NCBI GenBank assembly: GCA_016196925.1
Contig: JACPWS010000066.1
Location: forward strand, 1-28,136
Origin: Burkholderiales bacterium
GTDB taxonomy: Bacteria; Pseudomonadota; Gammaproteobacteria; Burkholderiales; Burkholderiaceae_D
Direction of reading: 5' to 3'
DNA: 28,136 nt
Within the stretch, counting starts at the first letter, position 1. Each line of letters begins with the position of its first letter. Below, piece by piece: positions 17,430 through 27,134 of the stretch. The notes below the pieces were generated by a model. The model ran no database searches, was not told the DNA's origin, and was given only the letters and a program-made list of their open reading frames with translations. The position numbers and the translations under genes are program-made.

Positions 17430-18635
17430 ATGAAACAGCAAGACAGCGCATTGCAGACCGCCACCCGCCTGACCCATGCCGGCCGCAAAGGCAAGTCCCA
17501 TCACGGCCCGGTCAATCCGCCGCTGGTGCGCGCCTCCACCATCCTGTTTCCGGATGTCGCGTCTTTTCACGAGGCGCATGGCAGCCGCCGCGTCTACGGC
17601 CGGCTGGCCACCGACACCACGCTGGCGCTGGAGCAAGCCCTGTGTGCGGCCGAAGGCGCCGCCGCCTGCATGCTGACGCCGTCCGGACTGTCGGCGATCA
17701 GCACTACCTTGTTGGCCTTGCTGCAACCGGGCGACCATTTGCTGATGGCCGATACCGCCTACGACCCGACGCGCCAACTGTGCGAAGGGCTGCTGAAACG
17801 CAACGGCATCAGCACCACCTATTACGATCCGCTGCTCGCCGGCGGCATCGCCGCCCTGATGCAGCCGAATACCAGGGTGGTGTTCGTCGAATCGCCCGGC
17901 TCGTTGACTTTTGAAGTGCAGGATATTCCTGCCATCGCGGCCGTCGCCCATGCCGCCGGCGCGGTGGTGGTGTCGGACAGCACCTGGGCCACGCCTATAG
18001 GCTGGGCTTCGTTCGGACTCGGCATTGACGTCTCTATCCACGCCGCCACCAAATATATCGTCGGCCATTCGGACGCTCTGATGGGCGCGATCCTGACCAC
18101 CGCGGCGTTGGAGACGCGCGTGCGCGACACCTACAAACAGCTCGGCATGTCGATCGGTGCCGACGATGCCGCCCTGGCCTTGCGCGGTTTGCGCACGTTG
18201 GCCGCGCGTCTGGCGGTGCACCGCGATAGCGCCCAGATAGTGGCGCGCTGGTTGCAGCAGCAACCGGAAGTGGCGCAAGTGCTGTATCCGCCGCTGCCAG
18301 GCGCGGCCGGTCACGAACTCTGGAAACGCGATTTCCGTCCCGAATATGCCTGCGGCCTGATGGGCGCGGTGTTCCGCAGCGATGTCAGCGAACAGCAAGT
18401 GGCGGCCCTGATAGACCGCACGCGCCTGTTCGGCATAGGACTCAGTTGGGGCGGCTACGAGAGCCTGATCCTGCCGACCAATCCGGCGCGTTATCGCAGC
18501 GTGCAGCCGGAAAAATGGTCGGCGCCCATGTTGCGCCTGCATGTAGGCCTGGAAGCGGCGGAAGACTTGCTGGCCGATCTGGAGCAGGGCTTTGCTGCGC
18601 TGCGCGTCAGGCCGGCGATGGCGCAAGCGGCCTGA
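17430..18635 (+). CDS. metC: cystathionine beta-lyase (PLP-dependent Cys/Met metabolism family)
   Basis: 401 aa from MKQQDSALQ. Contains TRLTHAGR, PLP-lysine motif ATKYIVGHSD, and C-terminal RLHVGLE. Confidence 0.8.
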   Translation: MKQQDSALQTATRLTHAGRKGKSHHGPVNPPLVRASTILFPDVASFHEAHGSRRVYGRLATDTTLALEQALCAAEGAAACMLTPSGLSAISTTLLALLQPGDHLLMADTAYDPTRQLCEGLLKRNGISTTYYDPLLAGGIAALMQPNTRVVFVESPGSLTFEVQDIPAIAAVAHAAGAVVVSDSTWATPIGWASFGLGIDVSIHAATKYIVGHSDALMGAILTTAALETRVRDTYKQLGMSIGADDAALALRGLRTLAARLAVHRDSAQIVARWLQQQPEVAQVLYPPLPGAAGHELWKRDFRPEYACGLMGAVFRSDVSEQQVAALIDRTRLFGIGLSWGGYESLILPTNPARYRSVQPEKWSAPMLRLHVGLEAAEDLLADLEQGFAALRVRPAMAQAA

Positions 18636-18728
18636 GTCGGGCCGGATCAAAGTTAACGTCGCACAGACTCGCGTCTGTGCCGGTTCACCCGTCCTGAAGT
18701 GTCTCCTTCGATAAGTCTGGATGGTTTT

Positions 18729-18758
18729 CCCGCAGGGTGGTTCCTGCGGGTTTTTTTT
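18729..18758 (+). terminator. rho-independent terminator after metC (also abuts the PBP1A 3' end)
   Basis: CCCGCAGG-GTGGTT-CCTGCGGG followed by T8. Confidence 0.75.
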
Positions 18759-20988
18759 ATTGCGCCGCGGGGCTGGTTTCACCGAGGTCCAGCGATTTGA
18801 CGCCGGCGCCGTTCATGAATTCGGTGTACATCCAGTCGCCTTCGGCCGCGCTGACGCCGTCCGGCGCGGCGCGCTGCGTTTCCGCCTTGCCGGACAGCGC
18901 GACCCGCATGCTGTCTATCCAGATCGGCAAGGCCAGGGTGGCGCCGAACTCGCGTCCGCCCAGCGATTTCGGATCGTCGTAACCCATCCAGGCCACCGCC
19001 ACCACCTTGCCGGCATAACCGGCAAACCAGCCGTCGACCGCATCGCTGGTGGTGCCGGTCTTGCCGGCCAGGTCGCGCCGTCCCAGTTTCTGGCTGGCGG
19101 CCGCGCCGGTGCCGCTGCGCGTGACTTCTCGCAACATGGCATCCATGATGAAGGCGTTGCGCCCGTCCAGCACGCGCTGCTCTTCGCTGAGCGCCGGCGG
19201 CTTGTTTTCACTGAGCACGGCGCCGCGCGCATCGGTGATCTTGCTGATCAGCCAGGGATTGATCTGGTAGCCGCCATTCGCAAACACCGCGTAGGCACTC
19301 ACCAGTTGCAGCGGCGTCACGCTGCCGGTGCCGAGCGCCAGGGTCAGGTTGGTCGGATGTTTCGCGGTCTCGAAACCGAAATGCGGCAGCCAGGCTTTCG
19401 CGTGTTCCACGCCTATCGCTTTCAGGATGCGCACCGAGACCACGTTCTTGGATTGTGCCAGCGCAGTGCGCATGCTGACCGGGCCGTCGTATCTGCCGTC
19501 GTCATTGCGCGGATCCCACTTCAGGACTTCGGCGCTGGTGTCCGAGAGTTGTACGTCGTTGATGAGGGTGGCCGGCGAAAATCCGCGCTCCAGCGCCGCC
19601 GAATAGATGAAGGGCTTGATGCTGGAGCCGGGCTGGCGCCAGGCGCTGGTGACGTGGTTGAATTGCTTGCGGTTGAAATCGAAGCCGCCGACCAGCGCGC
19701 GATACGAACCGTCGTCCGCATTCAGGGAAACATAAGCGCCTTCGACTTCCGGCAGCTGGCTGATGCTCCAGCGTTTCGCTGCATCTTGCACGACGCGTAT
19801 CACGGCGCCGGGACGCAGCCTGAGCGCGGCATTGGCGTTCGCCTGCAAGGCGCTGGCGGCAAAGCGCAAGCCGTCGCCGCCGATTTCTATTTCCTCGCCG
19901 GACAGCAATTCGGCGCGCAGCTTTTTGGGCGAGGCTTCCAGCACGACCGCCGCCAGCAAGCCGGCGCTGGCAGTATGTTTTTGCAGCACTTCGTCGATCG
20001 CATCGTCGCGTTCTTCTTCGTCGGCCGGCAACGCTATGCCGGCTTCCGGGCCGCGGTAGCCGTGGCGCTGGTCATAGGCCATCACATTGCGGCGCACCGC
20101 TTCATAGGCCGCGTCTTGTTCCGCCTGGTTGATGGTGGTGAACACCTTGATGCCGCTGGTATAGGCGGCTTCCTGGTATTGCGCAACCACGGTCTGGCGC
20201 ACCAGTTCGGCGACGTAGTCGGCATGCGTGTCGAATTGCAGGCTGCTGTTGACATGCAGTGGCTCCTTGCCGGCCTGCGCGTATTGTGCTTCGGTGATAT
20301 AGCCTTGCTTTAGCATGGCCTTCAGCACCAGCATCTGTCTTTGTTTGGCGCGCTGCGGGTTGACGGCAGGGTTATGGCGCACCGGGTTCTGCGGTATGCC
20401 GGCCAGCATCGCGGCTTCGGCGATGCTGAGCTGATCGAGCGACTTGCCGAAATAGGTGCGCGCCGCGCTGGAAAATCCGTGGCTGCGCTGACCGAGATAG
20501 ATCTGGTTCATGTACAGCTCGAGGATCTGGTCCTTGGAGAGGGCCGCCTCGATGCGATAAGTCAGCAGGATTTCTTTCAGCTTGCGCGCTATCGATTTTT
20601 CCTTGGTCAGGAAGAAGTTGCGCGCCACTTGCATGGTGATGGTGGAGCCGCCCTGGTGAAAACCGCCGCTGAGATCGGACAGCAGCGCGCGTCCGGCGCT
20701 GATGAAGGAGATCCCGCCGTGTTCGTAAAAGCGCGTGTCTTCTATCGCCAGCAAGGCATTCTTCATCACGGCCGGGATCGCCTTGATAGGCACGAAATCG
20801 CGGTGCTCTTCGCCGAACTCGCCGATCAGGGCGCCGTCGGCGGTGTAGATGCGCAGCGGGATCTTAGGCCGGTAATCGGTGACCGCATCGAGCGCCGGCA
20901 AATCGGGCGCCAGCACCAGGAACACATAGGCCAGCACGCCCAGCACGGCGACGCCGACCAGGGCCAGCAAGGAGGTGATTAATTTCAT
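18757..20988 (-). CDS. mrcA: penicillin-binding protein 1A (bifunctional transglycosylase/transpeptidase)
   Basis: N-terminal TM anchor. GT51 motifs EDTRFYEHGG and GGSTITMQ. Transpeptidase motifs SSIKP (SxxK), SKN and KTGTT. Confidence 0.9.
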   Translation of the reverse strand: MKLITSLLALVGVAVLGVLAYVFLVLAPDLPALDAVTDYRPKIPLRIYTADGALIGEFGEEHRDFVPIKAIPAVMKNALLAIEDTRFYEHGGISFISAGRALLSDLSGGFHQGGSTITMQVARNFFLTKEKSIARKLKEILLTYRIEAALSKDQILELYMNQIYLGQRSHGFSSAARTYFGKSLDQLSIAEAAMLAGIPQNPVRHNPAVNPQRAKQRQMLVLKAMLKQGYITEAQYAQAGKEPLHVNSSLQFDTHADYVAELVRQTVVAQYQEAAYTSGIKVFTTINQAEQDAAYEAVRRNVMAYDQRHGYRGPEAGIALPADEEERDDAIDEVLQKHTASAGLLAAVVLEASPKKLRAELLSGEEIEIGGDGLRFAASALQANANAALRLRPGAVIRVVQDAAKRWSISQLPEVEGAYVSLNADDGSYRALVGGFDFNRKQFNHVTSAWRQPGSSIKPFIYSAALERGFSPATLINDVQLSDTSAEVLKWDPRNDDGRYDGPVSMRTALAQSKNVVSVRILKAIGVEHAKAWLPHFGFETAKHPTNLTLALGTGSVTPLQLVSAYAVFANGGYQINPWLISKITDARGAVLSENKPPALSEEQRVLDGRNAFIMDAMLREVTRSGTGAAASQKLGRRDLAGKTGTTSDAVDGWFAGYAGKVVAVAWMGYDDPKSLGGREFGATLALPIWIDSMRVALSGKAETQRAAPDGVSAAEGDWMYTEFMNGAGVKSLDLGETSPAAQ

Positions 20989-20989
20989 T

Positions 20990-22762
20990 TTATTCTTCCA
21001 GCGTTTGCAGCAAATACAGCTTTTGATAAATACCCTGTTCCAGCGCCATCAACTCGTGATGGCTGCCTTGCTCGGCCAGCCTGCCGTGGTTCAGCACCAC
21101 GATGCGGTCGGCCTCGCGTATGGTGGACAGGCGGTGCGCAATCGCGACGATGGTGACCCGGCCGCGCAATTCTGTGAGCGCGGTTTGCACGATCTGTTCG
21201 GTTTCGCTGTCGATGTGCGAAGTCGCTTCGTCCAGCAACAGTATGCGCGGCCGGCCGGCCAGTGCGCGCGCAATCGCGATCAATTGCTTTTGCCCGGTAG
21301 ACAGGCGCGCGCCGCCTTCACCGAGCGGCGTGTCGTAACCGTGCTCCAGTTGCAGAATGAAATCGTGCACATGGGCGGCCTGAGCGGCGGCGATGATTTC
21401 CGCTTCGCTGATGGCGCGGCCCATGGCGATATTCTCGCGCGCATTGGCCGCCAGCAAAAACGGCTCTTGCGGCACCAGGCCGACGCGCGCGCGGAAATGC
21501 GCGTCGGAGAAATTCCCCAGCAGCTGGCCGTCGATTTGGATGCGCCCGGTTTGCGCCGTATAGAAGCGCAGCAGCAGGCTCAGCAAAGTCGATTTGCCGC
21601 TGCCGGTATGGCCGACCACGCCATAGAAACTGCCGGCCGGGATGCGCAGGCTGAGGTCGTGCAACACCGGCTGCGCAGCATCGTAGCCGAAACTTAAGTG
21701 CTGCATGTCGAGCTCGCCCGCGCCTATCTGCGCCGCGCTGGCCGCCGTGGCCGGCGCCGCTTCGTTGAGCAAGCTGTTCACGCGCGCCGCCGACACCACC
21801 GCTTGCTGGATCTGGCCGAATTGCAGGGTGATCTGGATCAGCGGATCGACCACGCGCGCGATATAGCTGACGAACGCGTACAGGATGCCGATTTCCACGC
21901 CGGAAAAACTGCGCTGGCCGAAACAGAAAATCACCAGCACCAGCAGCAGCGAATTCAGCAGATCGAGCGCCGGCCGCAGCAGCCAGGCATTCGCGCGCAA
22001 CTCCTCCATGCGCGCCGCATAGTGCGTCTGGTTGGTGTCGGCAAAACGCTGCGCAAAACGCTGAGTCGCATTGCTGGCTTGCAGCGCGCTCATGCCGTTG
22101 ATGCTTTCCGCCACCTGGGCATTGATCTCGCTGCGCAACTGGCGCGCCCGGCTGACGGCTGGCGCGCTCCAGCGCTGGTAAAAGCGCACGATGACCACCA
22201 CCGCCGGCACCAGCATGGCGACGATCAGCATCAGCCGCCATTCCAGCCAGGCCATCGCCACCAGCGCGCCGAATACCACGATGGAAGAATCGAGCATCAC
22301 GAACAGGACTTGCACATACAGATTCTTGACCGCTTCGGTGTCGTTGGTGACGCGGCTCACCAGTTGCCCGGTAATCGCCTGGTCGAAGTAGGCCATCGGC
22401 AGGCTCAGCACATGGGTATACACTTGTTCGCGCAGCCGCCGCACCGAACGCATCGCCACTCCGGCCAGCCGCGTCAGTTGCAGGTAGCGCAGCCAGGTGG
22501 CCCACCAGCCGGTGAGCAGATAGGCGCTCAGCAAGGCGAGCACCACGCTCCATTCCATCTGATGCGGCAACAGATAGCGGTCGATGAAAGCCTTGCCCAG
22601 CAAGGGGCCGAGCGCTTCCAGTCCGGCCGCGAGCAGCAGGTAAAGGACGCCCAGCAGCACATGCCGTTTTTCCGGTTGCGCGGCTTGCAGCAGCAAATGC
22701 AGCGCCTGTTTCTTTTCGGACGCGCTGGCCGATCTGATTTCTGCTTGCATATCACGCGGCAT
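20990..22762 (-). CDS. ABC transporter permease/ATPase half-transporter (MdlB-like)
   Basis: Six-TM domain followed by Walker A GHTGSGKST, signature LSTGQKQ and Walker B ILLLDEATS. The start is uncertain: ATGs at 22813, 22762 and 22750. The upstream partner stops at 22752. Confidence 0.85.
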   Translation of the reverse strand: MPRDMQAEIRSASASEKKQALHLLLQAAQPEKRHVLLGVLYLLLAAGLEALGPLLGKAFIDRYLLPHQMEWSVVLALLSAYLLTGWWATWLRYLQLTRLAGVAMRSVRRLREQVYTHVLSLPMAYFDQAITGQLVSRVTNDTEAVKNLYVQVLFVMLDSSIVVFGALVAMAWLEWRLMLIVAMLVPAVVVIVRFYQRWSAPAVSRARQLRSEINAQVAESINGMSALQASNATQRFAQRFADTNQTHYAARMEELRANAWLLRPALDLLNSLLLVLVIFCFGQRSFSGVEIGILYAFVSYIARVVDPLIQITLQFGQIQQAVVSAARVNSLLNEAAPATAASAAQIGAGELDMQHLSFGYDAAQPVLHDLSLRIPAGSFYGVVGHTGSGKSTLLSLLLRFYTAQTGRIQIDGQLLGNFSDAHFRARVGLVPQEPFLLAANARENIAMGRAISEAEIIAAAQAAHVHDFILQLEHGYDTPLGEGGARLSTGQKQLIAIARALAGRPRILLLDEATSHIDSETEQIVQTALTELRGRVTIVAIAHRLSTIREADRIVVLNHGRLAEQGSHHELMALEQGIYQKLYLLQTLEE

Positions 22763-24503
22763 CGAGACTGGCCTCCAGTTGTTGATAGCGCCACTGGCTG
22801 GCGTACCAGCCATCCTGTTGCAGTAACTGCTGGTGGCTGCCTTGTTCTGTGATTTTTCCTTCGCGCAGCACGATGATGTGGTCGGCGTCGGCCACGGCGC
22901 TCAGCCTATGGCTGACGATGATGGCGCTGCGTTCCGTATGTTGCCGGCGCAGCTCCGCCAGGTGCTGCAGGATGCGGGTTTCGGTTTCGGTATCGACTGC
23001 CGACAAGGCGTCGTCCAGCAACAGCAGCGGGGCGTAGCTCAGCAAGGCGCGCGCAATCGCCACGCGCTGGCGCTGGCCGCCGGACAAGGTGACGCCGCGT
23101 TCGCCGACCGGGGTGTCATAGCCTTGCGGGAAGCGCAGGATGTCTTCATGCACCGCCGCCAGCTGCGCCGCATGCGCTATCTGTGCGCGCGTGGCGGCCG
23201 GATTGCCGAGCGCGATATTCTGCGCGATCGAAGCGGAAAACAAAAACGGTTCCTGCGCCACCCAGTTGATCGCGCTGCGCAGAGCCTGCAGCGTATACTC
23301 GGCCAGCGCATGCGATCCCCAGCTTATCCTGCCTTGTTGCGTTTCTATCTGGCGCAGCAACAGCCGTATCACGCTGGATTTGCCGGCCCCGGTCGGCCCG
23401 ACTATGCCGATAGTCTGGCCGGGCGCCAGCGTCAGCCTGACTTGGCTCAGCGCGGGCAGGGCTTGCCCCGGATACTGGAAAGTGATGCCTTCGAGTTGCA
23501 AGCTGCCGGCCGGCGCGCTGCTGAGCTGGCCGCTATCCTGTACCGTCAGTTCTGCGCTCAGGACCGGCTGCAAGCGGTTCCAGGCGGCCTTGCCGCGCTC
23601 CAGCAGCGACAACACCCAGCCGGCCGCAAACATGGGCCAGATCAGCTGACCCAGATACATCGTGAAGCTGGTCAGCGCGCCTATCGTCATTTCGCCCTGC
23701 CACACCAGATAGCCGCCCACACCCAGCGTCAGCGCGCCAGCCGTAGTCAGGGCCAGCCCGACCGCCGGTTCGTAAGCGGCTTCCCAGCGCTGTGCCGCCA
23801 GACTCGCGGCTGATGCGTGTTCGGCCAGTTCGGCAAATTGCGCCGCGCTGCGTTGCTCCAGCCCCAGTGCGCGCAGGGTGCGCACGCCGGACAGGGTTTC
23901 CTGTACCTGATCGTTCAGGGCGCTGAAACGGTACAGCGCATCGCGCGAAGCGTCGTGCACGTGGTGCGTGATGCGCTTGAAGGCCAGGCCCATCAGCGGA
24001 AACGGCAGCAGTGCCGCCAGCGCCAGCCGACTATCCACGCCCAGCAACATCATGCCTATCACCAGCACGAAGGTCATGGAACCGTCGAAGCCGGCCAGCG
24101 CCGCTTCGCCGGCCGCCAGCTCGATCGCATCGGCGTCATTGGTGCCCAGCGCCATCAGGTCGCCGGTGCGTTGCTGCTGGAAAAAGCCCGGCCCCTGCAG
24201 CGACAGGCGCTGGTACAGCCGGGTGCGCAACTCCACCCCGAGCCGGTAAGAGGCGGCAAACAGCTGCATGCGCCAGCCCACCCGCAAAAAGTAAATCGTC
24301 AGCCCCATCAGTATCAGCCAGCCCAGCTCCAGCAGCAGCTGCGCCTGATCCAGGCTGTGCGCCACCATGCCGTCGATCACGGCGCCGACCCGGCGCGGTA
24401 TCAGCACGGTCAACACGGCGACCGTGAACAGCATGGCCGCCGCAGCCAGATACTGGCGCCAGTGGCGGCGGATGAAGTGGGCGAGCAGTTGGTACAGGGT
24501 CAT
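22752..24503 (-). CDS. ABC transporter permease/ATPase half-transporter (MdlA-like)
   Basis: The N-terminus (LAHFIRRHWRQYLAAAAML...IPRRVGAVIDG) parallels E. coli MdlA as I recall it. Walker A GPTGAGKSS, signature LSGGQRQR, Walker B LLLLDDALS. Confidence 0.9.
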   Translation of the reverse strand: MTLYQLLAHFIRRHWRQYLAAAAMLFTVAVLTVLIPRRVGAVIDGMVAHSLDQAQLLLELGWLILMGLTIYFLRVGWRMQLFAASYRLGVELRTRLYQRLSLQGPGFFQQQRTGDLMALGTNDADAIELAAGEAALAGFDGSMTFVLVIGMMLLGVDSRLALAALLPFPLMGLAFKRITHHVHDASRDALYRFSALNDQVQETLSGVRTLRALGLEQRSAAQFAELAEHASAASLAAQRWEAAYEPAVGLALTTAGALTLGVGGYLVWQGEMTIGALTSFTMYLGQLIWPMFAAGWVLSLLERGKAAWNRLQPVLSAELTVQDSGQLSSAPAGSLQLEGITFQYPGQALPALSQVRLTLAPGQTIGIVGPTGAGKSSVIRLLLRQIETQQGRISWGSHALAEYTLQALRSAINWVAQEPFLFSASIAQNIALGNPAATRAQIAHAAQLAAVHEDILRFPQGYDTPVGERGVTLSGGQRQRVAIARALLSYAPLLLLDDALSAVDTETETRILQHLAELRRQHTERSAIIVSHRLSAVADADHIIVLREGKITEQGSHQQLLQQDGWYASQWRYQQLEASLDAA

Positions 24504-24550
24504 GGGTTTGGGTTAATGTGACTAATCTGACCGTCCGTGACGGTGGTTTT

Positions 24551-24646
24551 CTCCTCCCCTTTCAAGGGGGAGGCCGGGAGGGGGATGGGTTTCTTTTGCG
24601 ACGGAAACCCATCCCCACCCTAACCCTCCCCTTGAAGGGGAGGGGA
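24551..24646. repeat. nested imperfect palindrome / REP-like element
   Basis: 12-bp perfect core GGGATGGGTTTC (24582-24593) pairs with GAAACCCATCCC (24604-24615). Each arm also holds its own hairpin (CCTCCCC-TTTCAA-GGGGAGG and CCCTCCCC-TTGA-AGGGGAGGG). Confidence 0.75.
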
Positions 24647-24696
24647 TTTCCTGCAATTTGGCCTGCTTGCACATAGCAGGCCGAATAAACACGTTG

Positions 24697-24732
24697 AAAA
24701 AAAATCCGTTACCCCGGCCGGGATAACGGATT
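24697..24732 (-). terminator. rho-independent terminator of the oligopeptidase gene
   Basis: On the minus strand, AATCCGTTATCCCGGCCGGGGTAACGGATT is followed by T8, about 20 nt after the stop at 24755. Confidence 0.75.
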
Positions 24733-24754
24733 GCGTGTTCTTAAAAAATTAAGA

Positions 24755-26653
24755 TCAGCGCACTACATGTGCAGCATTATCCCACTTCAGCATGTTCCAC
24801 AAGAAGCTGTAGGTGATGGCGCGCATGTCGGCCCGTTGTGCATTGTTGGCTGCGCCGCCATGGCCGCCTTCGATGTTTTCGTAGTACCAGACATTATCGT
24901 GTCCCTGATCCAGCATCTTGGCCGCCATCTTGCGCGCATGGGCTGGATGCACGCGGTCGTCGCGGGTGGAGGTGATGAACAGCACATTAGGATACTTGAC
25001 TTCGGTTTTCACGTTCTGGTAAGGCGAATAACGCGAGATGTACGACCATTCGTTGGCCAGATCGGGATTGCCGTATTCGCCCATCCAGGAGGCGCCGGCC
25101 AGCAGCTTGTTGAAGCGCTGCATGTCCAGCAAAGGCACCTGGCTGACCACCGCGTTGAACAGCTCGGGATGCTGGGTCAGCGCCACGCCGGCCAGCAAGC
25201 CGCCGTTGCTGCCGCCCATCGCGCCCAGATGCTTAGGGCTGGTGATTTTGCTGGCGATCAGGTCTTTTGCCACTGCGGCGAAATCGTCATAGGCGCGTTG
25301 ACGGTTTTCCTTCAAGGCCGACTGGTGCCAGCGCGGACCGAATTCGCCGCCGCCGCGGATATTCGCGACCACGTACACGCCGCCTTTTTCCAGCCAGGAT
25401 TTGCCGATCTCGCCTGAATACGAAGGCGTCAGCGAAATCTGGAAGCCGCCGTAACCGTATAGCAGGGTAGGATTGTTGCCGTCGAGTTTGACATCCTTGC
25501 GCTTGACCATGAAGTAAGGCACCTGGGTGCCGTCCTTGGAAGTCGCGAACTTCTGCAGGATTTCATACGGCTTGGCATCGAAGAAGGCCGGCGCCGATTT
25601 CAGGCTTTCGCGCGCATCGTTGCCGGCGTGCGCCAGCAGATACACGCTAGGGGTCAGGTAATCGGAATAGCTGAGGAAATAATCGTCGGAATGCTCTTCA
25701 TCCAGCGCGCTGACGCCAACCGCACCCATGGTTGGCAAGCTGACCTGGCGTGAAGTCCATTTGCCGTCGGCGAATTTCCATTCCTTCAGGCTGCTCTTCA
25801 CATTGTCCAGCGATTGCAGCAACAGGAAATTCTTGGTACTGGTAGCGTTGGTGAAAGAAGTGCTGTCAGACGGCTGGAACAAAACCGTGAAGTTGCGTTC
25901 GCCTTTTTGGAAAGCCTCGAAATCGATCGCCAGCACGCTGCCGGACGCGTAAGTCTGGCCGCCGGTAGTCCAAGCCTCGCGCGGCATCACGATGAATTGC
26001 GTTCCGAAAAAGCTGAAGCCGGAACGCTCGGGAATATCGAGCTTGCTGAGTTTATCGCCTTCGCGCAGGAAGCTTTCTGCGGTATAGAAAGTCACGCCGC
26101 GATGCACGATTTCATGCCGGATGCCGCCATGCTTGCTGCTGTAGGCGGACACGCCCATATCGGTTTTTTCGCCTTGCAGGAGTGTCTTGGCAGCGCTCAG
26201 CGGCGTGCCGCGTTTCCATTCCTTGACGATGCGTGCATAGCCGGAATCGGTCAGGCTGCCGGCGCCGAAATCGGTCGCAACGAACAGCGTGTCCTTATCG
26301 CGCCAGTCCAGCGTCATTTTGGCTTCCGGTAAAGTGAAACCGTCCTTCACGAAGCTCTTGCTGGCGAGATCGAATTCGCGCAGCACGACGGCGTCGGCGC
26401 CGCCGTGCGACAGTTCGATCAGGCAGCGGTCGTAGGCCGGTTCGCGGCAGTTGCTGTTCTTGAATACCCAGTTTTCGTTTTCAGCCTTGGCCAGCGCATC
26501 GATATCGAGCACGGTTTCCCATTGCGGCTGCGCCTTGCGGTAATCGTCCAGCGTGGTCTTGCGCCACACGCCGCGCGGGTGTCGAGCGGCACGGGCGGTT
26601 GAGTTAGCCATTCCCAGTCCTTTTCTGTAAAGGAGGCAAGACAACTGCCGCAA
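24755..26653 (-). CDS. S9A prolyl oligopeptidase family serine peptidase, apparently 5'-truncated (possible pseudogene)
   Basis: Catalytic triad context GGSNGG (Ser), TSTRDDRV (Asp), IEGGHGG (His). Family-like sequence begins only at HPRGVWRKTTL (about codon 25). The preceding about 24 codons are unrelated, and the roughly 100-aa N-terminal segment I expect for this family is absent. Confidence 0.75.
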   Translation of the reverse strand: MRQLSCLLYRKGLGMANSTARAARHPRGVWRKTTLDDYRKAQPQWETVLDIDALAKAENENWVFKNSNCREPAYDRCLIELSHGGADAVVLREFDLASKSFVKDGFTLPEAKMTLDWRDKDTLFVATDFGAGSLTDSGYARIVKEWKRGTPLSAAKTLLQGEKTDMGVSAYSSKHGGIRHEIVHRGVTFYTAESFLREGDKLSKLDIPERSGFSFFGTQFIVMPREAWTTGGQTYASGSVLAIDFEAFQKGERNFTVLFQPSDSTSFTNATSTKNFLLLQSLDNVKSSLKEWKFADGKWTSRQVSLPTMGAVGVSALDEEHSDDYFLSYSDYLTPSVYLLAHAGNDARESLKSAPAFFDAKPYEILQKFATSKDGTQVPYFMVKRKDVKLDGNNPTLLYGYGGFQISLTPSYSGEIGKSWLEKGGVYVVANIRGGGEFGPRWHQSALKENRQRAYDDFAAVAKDLIASKITSPKHLGAMGGSNGGLLAGVALTQHPELFNAVVSQVPLLDMQRFNKLLAGASWMGEYGNPDLANEWSYISRYSPYQNVKTEVKYPNVLFITSTRDDRVHPAHARKMAAKMLDQGHDNVWYYENIEGGHGGAANNAQRADMRAITYSFLWNMLKWDNAAHVVR

Positions 26654-26772
26654 AGAGGTTTCTTTTCAATGCTAACCCAGCCAGCAAGTTCAGGCGGCAT
26701 CTCCGGCGGATTCTCGCTAAGCAGCACTTTTGTTTTACAGCAACAGCACGCAATGGTGATCTTATCGCGCAT
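26419..26772 (-). CDS. chimeric small ORF; its first ~57 codons encode a Cys-rich zinc-ribbon-like peptide
   Basis: AAGGAG lies 5 nt upstream of the ATG at 26772. The N-terminal part is MRDKITIACCCCKTK...CGSC. Beyond about 26600 the frame runs out of frame through the oligopeptidase gene, so the 3' part is probably not native. Confidence 0.3.
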   Translation of the reverse strand: MRDKITIACCCCKTKVLLSENPPEMPPELAGWVSIEKKPLCGSCLASFTEKDWEWLTQPPVPLDTRAACGARPRWTITARRSRNGKPCSISMRWPRLKTKTGYSRTATAANRPTTAA

Positions 26773-26821
26773 CCCATTCTCCTTGTTCAGGGTGTTGAGT
26801 GCGACAGAAACCGGCCTACCT

Positions 26822-27134
26822 GATCAGCGAGCGAAGCGTTTCAGCAGCGGCTCAATCTCCTTTTCCAGCACTTGATTACTGGGAAGCCGGATAGCGTACA
26901 GGAGGCCATGCTCCTCTAGTCATAGCCTGCCAGACGGCTATACACGGACTGGCGCAGCAGTGACACCGGGGGTATTGCACATTGCTTCCGCCCCGGCTCT
27001 TCCGCAGGTAGCGGGTTGCAGTCTCGGTTAATCCCACCTTGTGGCCATCCTCAACCCCTCCTCTTGCTACGGTGTCCCTTCGAGAGTGTTCCTTTCCTCT
27101 GAGGAGCTTCTGCCCGCCGAGGCGCAACGCTCAC
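26822..27134 (-). pseudogene. remnant of an IS1380-like DDE transposase (internal fragment with frameshifts and stops)
   Basis: Minus-strand frames give ...CCASP / SVYSRL / LEEHGLLYAIRLPSNQVLEKEIEPLLKRFAR*. From memory, the IS1380-family segment is FANPEVYEYLEAE..KYAIRLPANRVLQ.RIG.LLKRPVGRPP. The match is broken by a frameshift and stop codons and truncated at both ends. Confidence 0.45.

Noticed and set aside
26876-27134. Possible structured ncRNA or group II intron 5' end (the minus strand begins GTGAGCG right after the stop; several short hairpins), and an 83-aa ORF at 26876-27127.
   Set aside because: The 5' motif is not the GUGYG consensus and no domain V/VI-like sequence or RT ORF follows. 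Multi-frame translation matches an IS1380-like transposase fragment better. The 83-aa ORF is Arg/Cys-rich and lacks an SD.
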